Below, piece after piece: positions 63,036-64,000 of a stretch of DNA of 64,000 bases. The translations under genes and the position numbers were made by a program. The notes beneath the pieces were generated by a model, which saw nothing but the letters and a program-made list of their open reading frames with translations, had not been told where the DNA came from and made no database searches. Source of the stretch: Flammeovirgaceae bacterium (GTDB lineage Bacteria; Bacteroidota; Bacteroidia; Cytophagales; Cyclobacteriaceae); NCBI GenBank assembly GCA_021299455.1, contig JAJTGQ010000019.1:15855-79854 (forward strand), read 5' to 3'. Numbering within the stretch: the stretch's first letter is position 1; each line of letters starts with the position of its first letter.

Positions 63036-64000
63036 ATGACATTATTCGAAAAACATCAGGGTAGTATTTCAAAAGCGATTGAAGCATTGCATGCACGTAC
63101 CTTCTACGCAGCTTTTGTTGAGCAACCGACTCCTGCAATTTATGGCGAAACAGCCGATGCAGAAGGTCAGGCTAAGTTTAGGAGTAGGCTCGGCCAAAAA
63201 TTTGAAGAGCTAAAACAAGGCAGTCCCGGTATTTGGGCAGGGCAAGAGGAGTCCCCCTATCTTCAAGAGCCACTAAATGTCTCGTACCCGATTTTCAGTA
63301 CAGCGACCTTGATCGAACGCGCCAATACTTCTTTTCACCAATGGCGTAAGGTGTCAGCCAAAGATCGGGCAGGTATTCTAATGGAATCATTGGATCGTGT
63401 AAAAGCTAGATTCTTTGAAGTGGCCTATGCCACCATGCACACGACAGGCCAAGGCTATATGATGGCTTTTCAAGCTTCAGGACCCCACGCTGCCGACCGC
63501 GCTGTTGAAGCCATTGCGGCAGGCTACGAAGAGTTGAATCGTTTTCCGGAGAAAGCGCTTTGGGATAAGCCCATGGGCAAATTCAACCTGCAGATAAATA
63601 AAGAGTGGCGCGCTGTTCCAAAAGGAATTTCAGTTGTTATTGGTTGTTCGACTTTTCCTACATGGAATTCAGTGACGGGCATTTACGGAAGCTTGATCAC
63701 TGGCAATTCAGTGATAGTGAAACCTCACCCTGGAGCTATTTTACCTATCGCCATTTTTGTAGCAGAAATTCAAAAAGTATTAGCTGAAAATAATTTGGAT
63801 CCGAATACCTGTCAGCTCGCTGTTGACACATTTGATAAAATGATCACTAAGGAGTTAGCCGAACATCAGGAAGTAAAATTGATTGACTTCACCGGCAACT
63901 CAGACTTTGGTTCTTACTTAGAGGCACTGCCAGGCAAAACAGTTTTCACCGAGAAAACGGGTGTGAATTCTGTGATTTTAGATTCTGTAGATGATGTGGA
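63036..64000 (+). CDS. Aldehyde dehydrogenase family protein, PaaN-like (runs off the right edge)
   Basis: Own translation from ATG 63036: MTLFEKHQGSISKAIEALHARTFYAAF... with ALDH-like VVIGCSTFPTWNS, VIVKPHP and FTEKTGVNSVI. No stop inside the window. Confidence 0.6.
   Translation, partial: MTLFEKHQGSISKAIEALHARTFYAAFVEQPTPAIYGETADAEGQAKFRSRLGQKFEELKQGSPGIWAGQEESPYLQEPLNVSYPIFSTATLIERANTSFHQWRKVSAKDRAGILMESLDRVKARFFEVAYATMHTTGQGYMMAFQASGPHAADRAVEAIAAGYEELNRFPEKALWDKPMGKFNLQINKEWRAVPKGISVVIGCSTFPTWNSVTGIYGSLITGNSVIVKPHPGAILPIAIFVAEIQKVLAENNLDPNTCQLAVDTFDKMITKELAEHQEVKLIDFTGNSDFGSYLEALPGKTVFTEKTGVNSVILDSVDDV

Overview
This window looks like core chromosome from a Bacteroidota genome, probably Cytophagales or Sphingobacteriia-like. 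Support: repeated TAnnTTTG -7 boxes, the Cys-poor L36 form, an LptD-like/amidase/MCE block and many lipoprotein or beta-barrel genes. The centre (11.5-26.1 kb) is a 31-gene ribosomal-protein cluster running rplC to rplQ and including secY, map, infA and rpoA, followed by carA and eno. The flanks carry housekeeping genes: rlmN, aroA, aroB, lysS, folB, dtd, two acyl-CoA carboxyltransferases, ppx, an M42 peptidase, proline dehydrogenase and DivIVA-like and FtsB-like genes. They also carry envelope genes: an LptD-like protein, an Amidase_3 amidase, MlaD/MCE and several beta-barrels. I found no rRNA, tRNA, CRISPR array, transposase or integrase, and no spacer is long enough for a large ncRNA. Accessory content is limited to two small toxin-antitoxin pairs: a ParE/RelE-like pair fused to rlmN, and an MNT/HEPN pair before lysS. 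I see no convincing large novel multi-gene system. The observations most worth follow-up are: (1) a 167-nt structured spacer with promoter, palindrome and hairpin elements between rpsN and rpsH; (2) the ribosomal cluster starting at rplC with no rpsJ; (3) the antitoxin-toxin-rlmN translationally coupled unit; (4) a hydrolase/DUF1611/epimerase/amidase cluster; (5) tandem orphan YfiR-like genes; (6) a head-to-head double-open region at the LptD-like/amidase starts. All functional calls come from reading the translations by eye. No searches were run.
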